Assembly (NCBI GenBank): GCA_017538995.1
Contig: JAFYHV010000162.1
Span: 849-64,848, forward strand
From: Lachnospiraceae bacterium
GTDB taxonomy: Bacteria; Bacillota; Clostridia; Lachnospirales; Lachnospiraceae
DNA: 64,000 nucleotides
Direction: 5' to 3'
Position numbers and translations under genes: made by a program. Position 1 is the stretch's first letter, and each line of letters opens with the position of its first letter. Under the pieces are notes generated by a model. That model was given only the letters and a program-made list of their open reading frames with translations. It ran no database searches and was not told the DNA's origin. Shown in pieces: positions 28,178 to 37,802 of the stretch.

Positions 28178-30598
28178 ATGAGCAGAATATATCTTAACAA
28201 CGACTGGTATTTCAACGACTCTTTTTCGGATGAAATGTTACAGCCTTCTTATGATTTCAAAAAAAACGAATGTGTGAGAATTCCCCACACCGTAAAAGAA
28301 ACTCCCCTGCATTATTTTGATGAGCATGAATACCAGAAAATAGCTACGTATTTTAAGGTTTTAAATGTTCCCGAAGAGTGGCGCGACAAGGATGTATTTT
28401 TAACATTCGACGGCGTGCTTCATTCGTGTACGGTTTATATTAACGGAAAAGAAGCTGGCTCACACCTTTGCGGATATACTGCTTTTACGATAAATCTTTC
28501 AGGGCTTGTTAACATAGGTGTAGATAATGTCATCACGGTTAAAGCCGACAGCAGAGAAGATCAGAACTTACCTCCTTTCGGGTTTGTAATCGATTACATG
28601 ACCTACGGAGGCATCTACAGAGACGTCTATATCGACGTAAAAGAAAAGGCACATTTCGACGACATTTTTGTATCGGGCGATGCGGAAGGAAATATCCGTG
28701 TCGGCATTTCCGCGAGCAAAGATGCCAACGGAATGATTGTCGAAAATTCAATTATTTCCCTTAAGAAAAATGAAGACGGAATACTTGTTTCGGGCGAAGA
28801 GAAATTGCTCGGAGAGGGTGAATTCTATCCTGATGAAGGAAAAGAAGAATGCGTTAAAACATATAAATTCGACAATCCCGCACTCTGGGATACAGTGCAT
28901 CCGAATCTTTATATTTTACGAAGCGTATTAAAGGATGCTGCAGGAAAAATCATCGACGAAAACAAGGTAAGATTCGGTTTCAGAAGCGCGGTTTTCAAAG
29001 CCGACGGATTTTATTTAAACGGCGAAAAGTTTAAGATAAGAGGCTTAAACCGACATCAGAGTTACCCATACGTAGGATATGCAATGCCCAAGAATGCGCA
29101 GGCAAACGACGCAAAAATTTTAAAAGAAGAACTCGGACTTAACGCAGTCCGTACATCACATTATCCGCAGTCGCATTACTTCCTTGATGCATGCGATGAG
29201 ATAGGCCTTCTGGTATTCACTGAAATACCGGGATGGCAGCATATCGGAGACGCGGCATGGAAGGATATTGCAGTTGAAAACGTGCGAGAAATGGTGCTTC
29301 AGTACAGAAACCACACATCGATTATTTTATGGGGAGTTAGAATTAACGAATCCGTGGATGACGATGAATTTTACAAGCGAACCAACGAAGCAGCGCATGC
29401 GCTTGATCCGACCAGACAGACAGGCGGTGTAAGATGCTACAAGAAGTCGAATCTTTTAGAAGATGTTTACACATACAATGATTTTATTCACAGCGGCGGA
29501 AACCAGGGATGCGATAAGAAATCCGCGGTTACAACCGACATGAATAAGGGCTATTTTATCAGCGAATACATGGGACATATGTTCCCGACTAAAGCATTCG
29601 ATTGGGAAGAACACAGACTCGAAGATGCTATTAGACACGCGCGAGTTTTAAATGATGTTTCGGCGAATGAAGATATCGCGGGAAGCTTCGGATGGTGCAT
29701 GTTTGATTACAATACTCATAAGGATTTCGGAAGTGGCGACAGAATCTGTTATCACGGTGTAACCGATATGTTCAGAAACCCGAAGATGGCTGCATATGTT
29801 TATGCGGAAATGCAGGATGAAACACCGGTGCTTGAATTAAGCTCTTCGATGGATATCGGCGAACATCCGGGATGTAATCGAAACGAAACATATATTTTCA
29901 CAAATGCAGATTCCGTGAAGATGTATAAGAACGATAATTTCATCAAGGAATACGTGCATGAAAACACGCAGTTTAAGAACCTTTATCATCCGCCCATAAA
30001 AGTGGACGACTATATCGGAGACGTGCTTGAAAAGGCCGAGAATATGTCACCTGCGCAGGCGAAGGACGTAAAAGATATTTTAAACGAAGTTGCAAAATTC
30101 GGGCTTTACAAAATGACGACTTCGGCGAAATTAAAGGCTGCAAAACTCATGCTTTTCCATCACATGAAAATGGATGATGCGGTACAACTTTACAACAAAT
30201 ACGTCGGCGACTGGGGCGGCAGCGCAACCACTTACAGATTCGAAGCAATCAAGGACGGAAAGGTCGTAAAAGAGATTAAAAAATCGCCGATGACAAAGGT
30301 CAATTTTGAGATAAAAGCAGACCACACGGATTTAAAAGAAGACAATACTTATGATGTTTCCTGTATAAGAATCCGCGCTGTGGATGAGAACGGAAATCTG
30401 CTTAACTATTTTAACGATCCTTTGGTTCTTTCGATTGAAGGTGATGCACAAATCATCGGACCGAAAATCATTTCGCTCTCGGGCGGTATGGGCGGTACAT
30501 ATGTAAAAACTGTCGGAAAAGCAGGAAACGCAAAGCTTACCGTAAGCGATAATTACGGTGAAGAAAAGGGCAGCGTATCTTTTATGATAAATATTTAA
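28178..30598 (+). CDS. glycoside hydrolase family 2 (beta-galactosidase-like)
   Basis: NNDWYF, VRTSHYPQS and WGVRINES (acid/base region). The ATG at 28178 follows GAGGG. Confidence 0.8.
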   Translation: MSRIYLNNDWYFNDSFSDEMLQPSYDFKKNECVRIPHTVKETPLHYFDEHEYQKIATYFKVLNVPEEWRDKDVFLTFDGVLHSCTVYINGKEAGSHLCGYTAFTINLSGLVNIGVDNVITVKADSREDQNLPPFGFVIDYMTYGGIYRDVYIDVKEKAHFDDIFVSGDAEGNIRVGISASKDANGMIVENSIISLKKNEDGILVSGEEKLLGEGEFYPDEGKEECVKTYKFDNPALWDTVHPNLYILRSVLKDAAGKIIDENKVRFGFRSAVFKADGFYLNGEKFKIRGLNRHQSYPYVGYAMPKNAQANDAKILKEELGLNAVRTSHYPQSHYFLDACDEIGLLVFTEIPGWQHIGDAAWKDIAVENVREMVLQYRNHTSIILWGVRINESVDDDEFYKRTNEAAHALDPTRQTGGVRCYKKSNLLEDVYTYNDFIHSGGNQGCDKKSAVTTDMNKGYFISEYMGHMFPTKAFDWEEHRLEDAIRHARVLNDVSANEDIAGSFGWCMFDYNTHKDFGSGDRICYHGVTDMFRNPKMAAYVYAEMQDETPVLELSSSMDIGEHPGCNRNETYIFTNADSVKMYKNDNFIKEYVHENTQFKNLYHPPIKVDDYIGDVLEKAENMSPAQAKDVKDILNEVAKFGLYKMTTSAKLKAAKLMLFHHMKMDDAVQLYNKYVGDWGGSATTYRFEAIKDGKVVKEIKKSPMTKVNFEIKADHTDLKEDNTYDVSCIRIRAVDENGNLLNYFNDPLVLSIEGDAQIIGPKIISLSGGMGGTYVKTVGKAGNAKLTVSDNYGEEKGSVSFMINI

Positions 30599-30632
30599 GG
30601 AAGATTTTTAAGATTCGCGAGGAGGGAAACGT

Positions 30633-32486
30633 ATGAAGCTTGGATTTAAAGAGAAATTCGCATACGGAATAGGAGCGGTCGGAAAGGACATGGTTTACAT
30701 GCTTTCCGCGAGCTACATCCTTTACTATTATCAGGACATCATGGGCGTATCCGCGTGGGTTATGGGTATCATTCTTCTGATAGCCAGAGTGTTTGATGCG
30801 TTTAACGACCCGCTTATGGGAGTTCTTGTTGCAAAGACCAAAACAAAATGGGGGAAATTCAGACCCTGGCTTTTCATCGGTACGCTTACAAACGCAGTCG
30901 TACTGTTCTTTATGTTTGCCGCACCGCCCACGCTTAATGCAAAAGGCATGATTGCATACGCAGCTGTATTTTACATTCTCTGGGGCGTTACATACACCAT
31001 GATGGATATTCCTTACTGGTCAATGGTTCCCGCATTTACAGAGTCCGGTAAAGAGCGAGAAAACATGTCCGCGCTCGGCAGAAGCTGCGCAGGTGTAGGC
31101 TCCGCAATCATCACAATCGTTACCGTTCTTGCGGTTGCAGCAATCGGTAATTTTGCACTCGGAAGAACGAATAATAATGTTGTCAAACAATTCAACAATA
31201 CTTTTGATTATGATGGTGTTACGGCATATGTTGCAGAACTTGATGAAGCAGGCAACACTACAGGAAACGTAAAAGAAATTGCGCATAACCAAATAGATAT
31301 CAAAGCGGCTTCAAAAGAATTTGAAAATGAGACTTCATTTAATAACAGTAACTGCGATTTTGAAGTAAAGTTTTATAATGAAAAAGGTCACAATAATGCA
31401 AAATATATTCAGGATGAATGTACGATGGATATAGTTGCTGATGCGACCAACAATAAGGCGGTTGCGATTGTATATCTTTCAAGCGAGAAATATAACAAAG
31501 TCGATGCTGAAGGGGAGATTTTGCTGAATATCAATTCCACAAAGGAAGTTGACCGTCTCGGCTTTAAATATTTCTCACTTATCGTTGCCATTCTTTTCTT
31601 TGTATTCATCCTTATTACCTGCCTTTTCATAAAAGAAAAGTCAACAGTGGATGTACAGACTGCAAGCATCGGAGATATGTTCAAGGCGCTTGTTCAAAAC
31701 GATCAGGCCATGGCGATTGTTATTACGATTGTGCTTGTAAACTCATCGGTATATGTTACTTCAAACCTGCTTATTTACTTCTTTAAATACGATATTGGCG
31801 GCGCTTCATGGCAGGGCAATTACACGCTGTTTAATACTTTCGGAGGCGGCATTCAGATACTTGCGATGATGCTTTTCTTCCCGATTATGAGAAAGTTTTT
31901 AAATACGCTTAAGATGTTTTATGTATCGGTTATCTCAGCAATATTCGGATATGTCGTACTGCTTGTGATGGCACTCTCGGGTGTTGATTCGGTTTATCTT
32001 TTCTTCGTTCCCGGATTTTTCATCTTTGGCGCAGTCGGACTCTTAAACGTACTCGTTACCGTATTCCTTGCAAATACCGTTGACTACGGCGAGATTAAGA
32101 ATAACAGAAGAGACGAATCGGTTATTTTCTCAATGCAGACTTTCGTCGTAAAACTTGCATCAGGTATTGCAGCACTTGCCGCAGCAATAAGCCTTTCGGT
32201 ATTTAACATAAGCAAAACAAGTTCAAGTTACGAAGCAATTGACGGCAGTCTCTTAAAAGGTCTGCAGGCAGCAATTGATAACATTAAATCAAGCGGCGGA
32301 GTATCCGTATCAGGCGGTTCGATTATAGGACTCAGATTCGTAATGACAGTGCTCCCGATGATAGTGCTTGTAATTGCACTCTTTATCTTTAAGGCAAGAT
32401 ATACGCTGAATGATGAAAAGCTTGCGGAGATTACGGCCAAGATAAAAGAAAGACGCGATACATCCGCAACCGAAAAAGAAGCATAA
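30633..32486 (+). CDS. glycoside-pentoside-hexuronide (GPH) cation symporter with an enlarged central loop
   Basis: GPH motif ARVFDAFNDPLMG with 6+6 TM segments. A hydrophilic insert of about 135 aa lies at aa 178-315. Confidence 0.8.
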   Translation: MKLGFKEKFAYGIGAVGKDMVYMLSASYILYYYQDIMGVSAWVMGIILLIARVFDAFNDPLMGVLVAKTKTKWGKFRPWLFIGTLTNAVVLFFMFAAPPTLNAKGMIAYAAVFYILWGVTYTMMDIPYWSMVPAFTESGKERENMSALGRSCAGVGSAIITIVTVLAVAAIGNFALGRTNNNVVKQFNNTFDYDGVTAYVAELDEAGNTTGNVKEIAHNQIDIKAASKEFENETSFNNSNCDFEVKFYNEKGHNNAKYIQDECTMDIVADATNNKAVAIVYLSSEKYNKVDAEGEILLNINSTKEVDRLGFKYFSLIVAILFFVFILITCLFIKEKSTVDVQTASIGDMFKALVQNDQAMAIVITIVLVNSSVYVTSNLLIYFFKYDIGGASWQGNYTLFNTFGGGIQILAMMLFFPIMRKFLNTLKMFYVSVISAIFGYVVLLVMALSGVDSVYLFFVPGFFIFGAVGLLNVLVTVFLANTVDYGEIKNNRRDESVIFSMQTFVVKLASGIAALAAAISLSVFNISKTSSSYEAIDGSLLKGLQAAIDNIKSSGGVSVSGGSIIGLRFVMTVLPMIVLVIALFIFKARYTLNDEKLAEITAKIKERRDTSATEKEA

Positions 32487-32498
32487 AAGGATTAAAAT

Positions 32499-34931
32499 AT
32501 GATACTTACAAAAGACGGCAGATTTGTTCTTCAGACAAACAATACAACATACGCATTTGATACTCTTGTGACGGGTCATTTAGAGCATCTTTATTACGGC
32601 GCGCGCATTGATTTTACGAGCGATTTAAAAGAGTTTGAGGTCATAAAACCCAAGCGCGAATTTGCACCCGGAAATACTATTTCTTACGACGAAGAACATT
32701 TATCGTTGTCTCCCGAAGATACATGCTTTGAAATATCCTCAACAGGGAAGGGAGATTTGCGTTCTCCTTTTGTCAGCATAATTCATAATGACGGCAGTAG
32801 AACAAGTGATTTTATCTATGAAAGCCATGAGATTAAAAAGGGTAAGGAAGCAAGAAAAACTCTGCCCGGTTCGTACGATGAAAACGATGCATGTGAGACA
32901 CTTGTTATAACGCTAAAAGACAAGAGTTACGATGTAAAACTTTTGCTATATTACGTTGTATATGAAGACAAGGATGTTATTGCAAGATATGCGGATTTAA
33001 TTAACGAGGGAGAGGAAGAGATTAAGCTTGAGAGACTTTTAAGTTTACAGCTTGATTTAAGTGATTCGGACTTCGATGGCATATTCTTTGCGGGAGCATG
33101 GGCGAGGGAAATGCAGAGCTACAGAACGCATATTTCACAGGGTATGCATGTTAGCCGAAGCAATACAGGTACGAGTTCAAGCCGTGCAAATCCGTTCTTT
33201 ATGATTGCAAAAGAAGAGACCACCGAAGATGTCGGAGAGTGCTTCGGATTTAATCTTATCTACAGCGGAAACCATATGGAAATTACCGATGCGAATTCGT
33301 TCGGAAAGGTTCGTATTCAGTCGGGTATCAATGACGAAGGATTTTTATATTCGCTTAAAAAGGGTGAAGTTTTCGAAGCTCCCGAAGCAATCATGTGCTA
33401 CTCGGACAAAGGCTTTAATCTTTTAAGCAACCGTCTCCATGAATTCGTCAGAGAAAACATTGTCCGCGGTGAATGGAAGAAGAAAGAGCGGCCTGTTCTT
33501 TTAAACAGCTGGGAAGCAGCATATTTTAACTTCGATGAAAGCAAGCTCGTAAAACTTGCGAAAAAGGGCGCGGAAGTCGGCATAGAACTTTTTGTAATGG
33601 ACGACGGATGGTTTGGTGAAAGAGACGATGATACCAAATCGCTCGGCGACTGGACTGTATATGCGAAAAAGATTCCGCACGGGCTCGACGGACTCTGCAA
33701 AAAGATTAATAACTTGGGCCTTAAATTCGGACTCTGGGTAGAGCCTGAGATGGTAAACGTTAAGAGTAAACTCTACGAAGCACATCCTGACTGGTGTCTC
33801 GCAAATCCGGACACACCGCATTCCGAAGGACGTCATCAGAGAATGCTCGATTTAACGAAAAAGGAAGTCAGAGAATATCTCTTGGAAGCACTTACCAACA
33901 TATTCTCATCTGCGAATATTGAGTACGTCAAATGGGACATGAACAGAATTTTATCCGATGTGTATTCACAGGGAATGCCTGCTTCTTTTATGGGCGAAGT
34001 GGCTCACAGATATGTGCTCGGTTTATATGAAATTCTGGATGAACTGACGAAACGTTTCCCGAAGATTTTATTTGAGGGATGTTCATCGGGCGGCAACAGA
34101 TTTGATCTTGGAATCCTTTGTTACTTCCCTCAGATCTGGGCATCGGATAATACCGATCCTATCTGCAGAAGCGAGATACAGGAAGGCTTAAGTTACGGCT
34201 ATCCTTTAAACACAATCGGAGCTCATGTTTCTGCGAGTCCGAACCATCAGACCTTAAGAAAAACTCCGATGAAAACAAGGGCTGCGATTGCTTCGTTCGG
34301 ATGCTTCGGATACGAATGCAATTTGAATGATTTTTCCAAGGAAGAAATCGAAGAGATAAAGAAAGAAATCGCACTCTACAAGGCATACAGAAGTGTAATG
34401 CAGTTCGGTGATTTTTACCGTGGCGGAAAAGGCCCCGCGAAGGCTCTTCCTTCATCTGCTACAAGTGCTTTGTCAAATCCTTCGGGCATCGGTAATTTAA
34501 GCGAATGGACCGTTGTTTCAAAGGATAAAAATGTGGCTGTGGGAATGATGCTTAAAAAGCTCGCACTTCCGAATACGCAGAATACGATTTATCATCCGAA
34601 GGGGCTTGAAGATACTGCGGATTACCTCTTCGTAAACAAGGAACTTGAATATGATATCAGGGATTTCGGCGATCTGGTAAACATGATTTCTCCGATTCAT
34701 TTAAAGCAGAATTCGCTTCTTTTAGACATTATTGCGAAGAAGGTTAAGCTTCCGAGCGAAAAGGAGAATTACGTGGCAAATGGTAAGCTTCTCTGTACTG
34801 CGGGTGTAAAGCTCTGTCAGGATTTTGCGGGCACGGGATACAATGAAAACGTCCGTTATGCGCAGGATTTCTCCACCAAGATGTACATTATGGAAAAGAT
34901 TGAGAAAAAAGACGAAGAATCCACGGATTAG
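32499..34931 (+). CDS. alpha-galactosidase, GH36
   Basis: DDGWFGERDDDTKSLGDW, YVKWDMNR and CSSGGNRFD motifs. Confidence 0.88.
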   Translation: MILTKDGRFVLQTNNTTYAFDTLVTGHLEHLYYGARIDFTSDLKEFEVIKPKREFAPGNTISYDEEHLSLSPEDTCFEISSTGKGDLRSPFVSIIHNDGSRTSDFIYESHEIKKGKEARKTLPGSYDENDACETLVITLKDKSYDVKLLLYYVVYEDKDVIARYADLINEGEEEIKLERLLSLQLDLSDSDFDGIFFAGAWAREMQSYRTHISQGMHVSRSNTGTSSSRANPFFMIAKEETTEDVGECFGFNLIYSGNHMEITDANSFGKVRIQSGINDEGFLYSLKKGEVFEAPEAIMCYSDKGFNLLSNRLHEFVRENIVRGEWKKKERPVLLNSWEAAYFNFDESKLVKLAKKGAEVGIELFVMDDGWFGERDDDTKSLGDWTVYAKKIPHGLDGLCKKINNLGLKFGLWVEPEMVNVKSKLYEAHPDWCLANPDTPHSEGRHQRMLDLTKKEVREYLLEALTNIFSSANIEYVKWDMNRILSDVYSQGMPASFMGEVAHRYVLGLYEILDELTKRFPKILFEGCSSGGNRFDLGILCYFPQIWASDNTDPICRSEIQEGLSYGYPLNTIGAHVSASPNHQTLRKTPMKTRAAIASFGCFGYECNLNDFSKEEIEEIKKEIALYKAYRSVMQFGDFYRGGKGPAKALPSSATSALSNPSGIGNLSEWTVVSKDKNVAVGMMLKKLALPNTQNTIYHPKGLEDTADYLFVNKELEYDIRDFGDLVNMISPIHLKQNSLLLDIIAKKVKLPSEKENYVANGKLLCTAGVKLCQDFAGTGYNENVRYAQDFSTKMYIMEKIEKKDEESTD

Positions 34932-35008
34932 GTGGCCCGAACACTTGAAAAATAAGGGAAATTTGTATAAAATAGCACGTGGATTTAAATTACAAGGAGA
35001 AAACAAAA

Positions 35009-35617
35009 ATGGGAATGAACGTTGCATGTCTCGATCTTGAAGGTGTACTGGTACCTGAAATATGGATTGCTTTTTCAAAGGCAAGCGGAATCGATGAACT
35101 TAAAATCACCACTAGAGACGAGCCTGATTACGATAAGCTTATGAAATACAGACTGGCTATTCTTAAGGAGCACGGTTTAGGCCTTAAGGAGATTCAGGAT
35201 ACTATCGAAAAGATTGATCCTTTAGACGGTGCCAAGGAGTTCTTAGACGAATTAAGAGACAATATGCAGACCATTATCATCAGTGATACTTTTGAGCAGT
35301 TTGCAAAGCCTCTTATGAAGAAGCTCGGTATGCCCACACTTTTCTGCAACAAACTCGTTGTAGGTGAAGACGGTATGATTACCGGCTACACAATGCGCTG
35401 TGACAAGTCCAAATTAACGACCGTAAAAGCATTACAGAGCTGCGGATTTGATACCATCGCTACAGGCGACAGCTTCAACGATTTAGCCATGATTCAGGCT
35501 TCAAAAGCAGGTTTCTTATTCAGATCTACAGAGAAGATTAAAGCAGACTTCCCTGAGATTCCCGCATACGAAGAGTATGCAGATTTACTTGCGGCTTTTA
35601 AGAACGCAGCAAAATAA
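35009..35617 (+). CDS. thrH: ThrH-like HAD phosphatase (phosphoserine phosphatase / homoserine phosphotransferase)
   Basis: VACLDLEGVLVPEIWIAF..TTRDEPDYDKLM..ISDTF..GDSFND matches my recollection of Pseudomonas ThrH almost motif for motif. The ATG at 35009 follows AGGAGAA. Confidence 0.75.
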   Translation: MGMNVACLDLEGVLVPEIWIAFSKASGIDELKITTRDEPDYDKLMKYRLAILKEHGLGLKEIQDTIEKIDPLDGAKEFLDELRDNMQTIIISDTFEQFAKPLMKKLGMPTLFCNKLVVGEDGMITGYTMRCDKSKLTTVKALQSCGFDTIATGDSFNDLAMIQASKAGFLFRSTEKIKADFPEIPAYEEYADLLAAFKNAAK

Positions 35618-35633
35618 TTTTAATATTTGAGCA

Positions 35634-35668
35634 CTAAAAAACCGGACATCTTTGATGCCCGGTTTTAT
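35634..35668. terminator. bidirectional intrinsic terminator between thrH and dapL
   Basis: AACCGGACATC / GATGCCCGGTT stem with an A-run on one side and a T-run on the other. Confidence 0.7.
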
Positions 35669-36853
35669 TTATTTAAGCAATTCGTATAATCTCTTAGCCG
35701 CTTCGGTTGTATCTTCAAGACTTCCGAACATTGAAAATCTGAAGTATCCTTCACCACATGCTCCGAATCCTTCGCCGGGTGTTCCGACTACCTGGATTTT
35801 GTTAAGAAGCAGATCGAAGAATTCCCAGCTACCCATTCCTTCCGGACATTTCATCCAGATGTAAGGAGAGTTCTTTCCGCCGCAGTACCAGATACCTAAT
35901 TTATCAAGAACTTCCATCAGAATCTTTGCATTATTTTTATAGATATCGATGTTTGCATGAATCTGCTTTAAGCCTTCTTCGGTAAATACCGCAGCGCCGC
36001 CTTTCTGGATGATGTAGGAAACGCCGTTGGTTTTTGTTGTACGGTTTCTAAGCCACATAGCGTTGAAATTCATACCGTTTCGCTCAAGGTCTTTAGGAAT
36101 TACCGTATAGCCTAATCTTGTGCCTGTAAAGCCTGCTGTTTTTGAGAAAGAGCAGATTTCGATTGCACATGTTCTTGCACCTTCGATTTCAAATATGCTG
36201 CGAGGCAGGGAATCGTCCTCTATGAAGGCTTCATATGCTGCGTCGAATATAATGACACTGCCGTTCTTATTTGCGAAATTTACCCACTTCTCGAGCTTCT
36301 CACGGTCAAATACAGCGCCGGTAGGGTTGTTAGGTGAGCAAAGATAAATAATATCTGCCAGAGTATCGTCATTCGGAAGGGGAAGGAAGCCGTCTTCCTT
36401 TGAAGATGAAAGATGAACTATTTTTCTTCCTGCCATTACGTTTGCATCCACATACGCGGGATATGCTGGCTCAATTACGAGAGCGGAAGAGGAGCGGTCG
36501 AATAAATCTAAGATGTCGCCGAGTTCATCGGATGCACCGCTTGATACAAATACTTCATCATCGGAAAGATTCACATTTCTTCTCTTGTAATAATTTGCTA
36601 TTGCACTTCTTAAAAAAGGAGCACCTGCTTCAGGCATATATCCGTGGAAGTTTTCCTTGCAGCTCTGATCGTCTACTGCAGAATGAAGAGCCTTAATTAC
36701 TTCATCGCAGAGAGGGAGTGATACATCGCCGATACCGAGACGTAAAAGTTTCTTGTCGGGATTGTCCTCGAGATATTTTTTTGTTTTCAAAGAAATGTTG
36801 TAAAAAAGATATGAATCTTTTAATTCAGCATAATGCATGTTGGGTGTAATCAT
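35669..36853 (-). CDS. dapL: LL-diaminopimelate aminotransferase
   Basis: The opening NMHYAELKDSYLF, LRLGIGDVSLPL and the PLP-lysine region SFSKTAGFTG. The ATG at 36853 is preferred because the track GTG at 36862 lies inside the AAGGTGA RBS. Confidence 0.88.
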   Translation of the reverse strand: MITPNMHYAELKDSYLFYNISLKTKKYLEDNPDKKLLRLGIGDVSLPLCDEVIKALHSAVDDQSCKENFHGYMPEAGAPFLRSAIANYYKRRNVNLSDDEVFVSSGASDELGDILDLFDRSSSALVIEPAYPAYVDANVMAGRKIVHLSSSKEDGFLPLPNDDTLADIIYLCSPNNPTGAVFDREKLEKWVNFANKNGSVIIFDAAYEAFIEDDSLPRSIFEIEGARTCAIEICSFSKTAGFTGTRLGYTVIPKDLERNGMNFNAMWLRNRTTKTNGVSYIIQKGGAAVFTEEGLKQIHANIDIYKNNAKILMEVLDKLGIWYCGGKNSPYIWMKCPEGMGSWEFFDLLLNKIQVVGTPGEGFGACGEGYFRFSMFGSLEDTTEAAKRLYELLK

Positions 36854-36871
36854 TTTAATCACCTTCGTTTT

Positions 36872-37765
36872 CTATTGATTTGAATATAATTTAATATCGC
36901 CTTCGTAAACAAATGTTGCAGGTCCCTGCATTGTAATTTCCTCGTCGGAGGAGATGCTGATTGTGAGCACTCCTCCGTCAAGGATGATGTGGATTGGAGT
37001 ATCATAATCGCAGTATTTATTTTTGACTGCGGCAAAAGCTGACGCACATGCACCGGTACCACATGCCATGGTAACGCCGCTTCCTCGCTCCCATACACGC
37101 ATACGAAGTTCGTTTCTTGAAAGTACTTCAACGAATTCAACATTTACGCCGTCGGGAAATGCTTCGTGATGTTCAATTACGGGACCGAGTGTTGTCAAGG
37201 GTGCGTTCTCTGCGTCTTTTACGAATATAATCGCATGAGGGTTGCCTGTTGAAACACTCTTGCAGATAACATTTAATGAATCGGTATTTAAATCAAAACT
37301 CTTTGAACCGAAAGGCAATTCGGTCTTCTGCAAATTCATGGCAATGTTTGAATAGTTATTTACAGTGTTGGGAATATTTAAAGACAAATCGCCTTTATCT
37401 TCACCTTTTCCCATATCTACGGAAACACTCACAACGCTTCCTGCCATTGTTTCAAGAGACAGATATTTGATGCCCGACATAGTGTCGATTTTAAGTTCAG
37501 TTTTATCGGTGTACCCTTTATCGTACACATACTTTCCGACACATCTGATACCGTTTCCGCACATCTTTGCTTCGCTTCCGTCTGCGTTAAAAATACGCAT
37601 CTGAAAATCAGCCTTATCCGAAGGAGAGATATAAATCATTCCGTCAGATCCTGCGCCGAAATGTCTGTCAGACATTTTAATCGATAAATCTTCTATGTTT
37701 TCCGGAACTTCGCCGAATACGTATAAGTAGTCGTTTCCGAGACCGTGCATTTTTGTAAAGTGCAT
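36872..37765 (-). CDS. dapF: diaminopimelate epimerase
   Basis: FTKMHGLGNDYLYV, MCGNGIRC and the second Cys in ACGTGACA. Confidence 0.9.
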   Translation of the reverse strand: MHFTKMHGLGNDYLYVFGEVPENIEDLSIKMSDRHFGAGSDGMIYISPSDKADFQMRIFNADGSEAKMCGNGIRCVGKYVYDKGYTDKTELKIDTMSGIKYLSLETMAGSVVSVSVDMGKGEDKGDLSLNIPNTVNNYSNIAMNLQKTELPFGSKSFDLNTDSLNVICKSVSTGNPHAIIFVKDAENAPLTTLGPVIEHHEAFPDGVNVEFVEVLSRNELRMRVWERGSGVTMACGTGACASAFAAVKNKYCDYDTPIHIILDGGVLTISISSDEEITMQGPATFVYEGDIKLYSNQ

Positions 37766-37802
37766 TTTCCATTCCTCCTTTAAGTATTTCCCCTAAAATC
37801 AC

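Noticed and set aside
35652-35864. 70-aa plus-strand ORF, and the 36859-37143 minus-strand ORF.
   Set aside because: The first spans the bidirectional terminator and the antisense 3' end of dapL. The second is out of frame inside dapF. Neither has an RBS.
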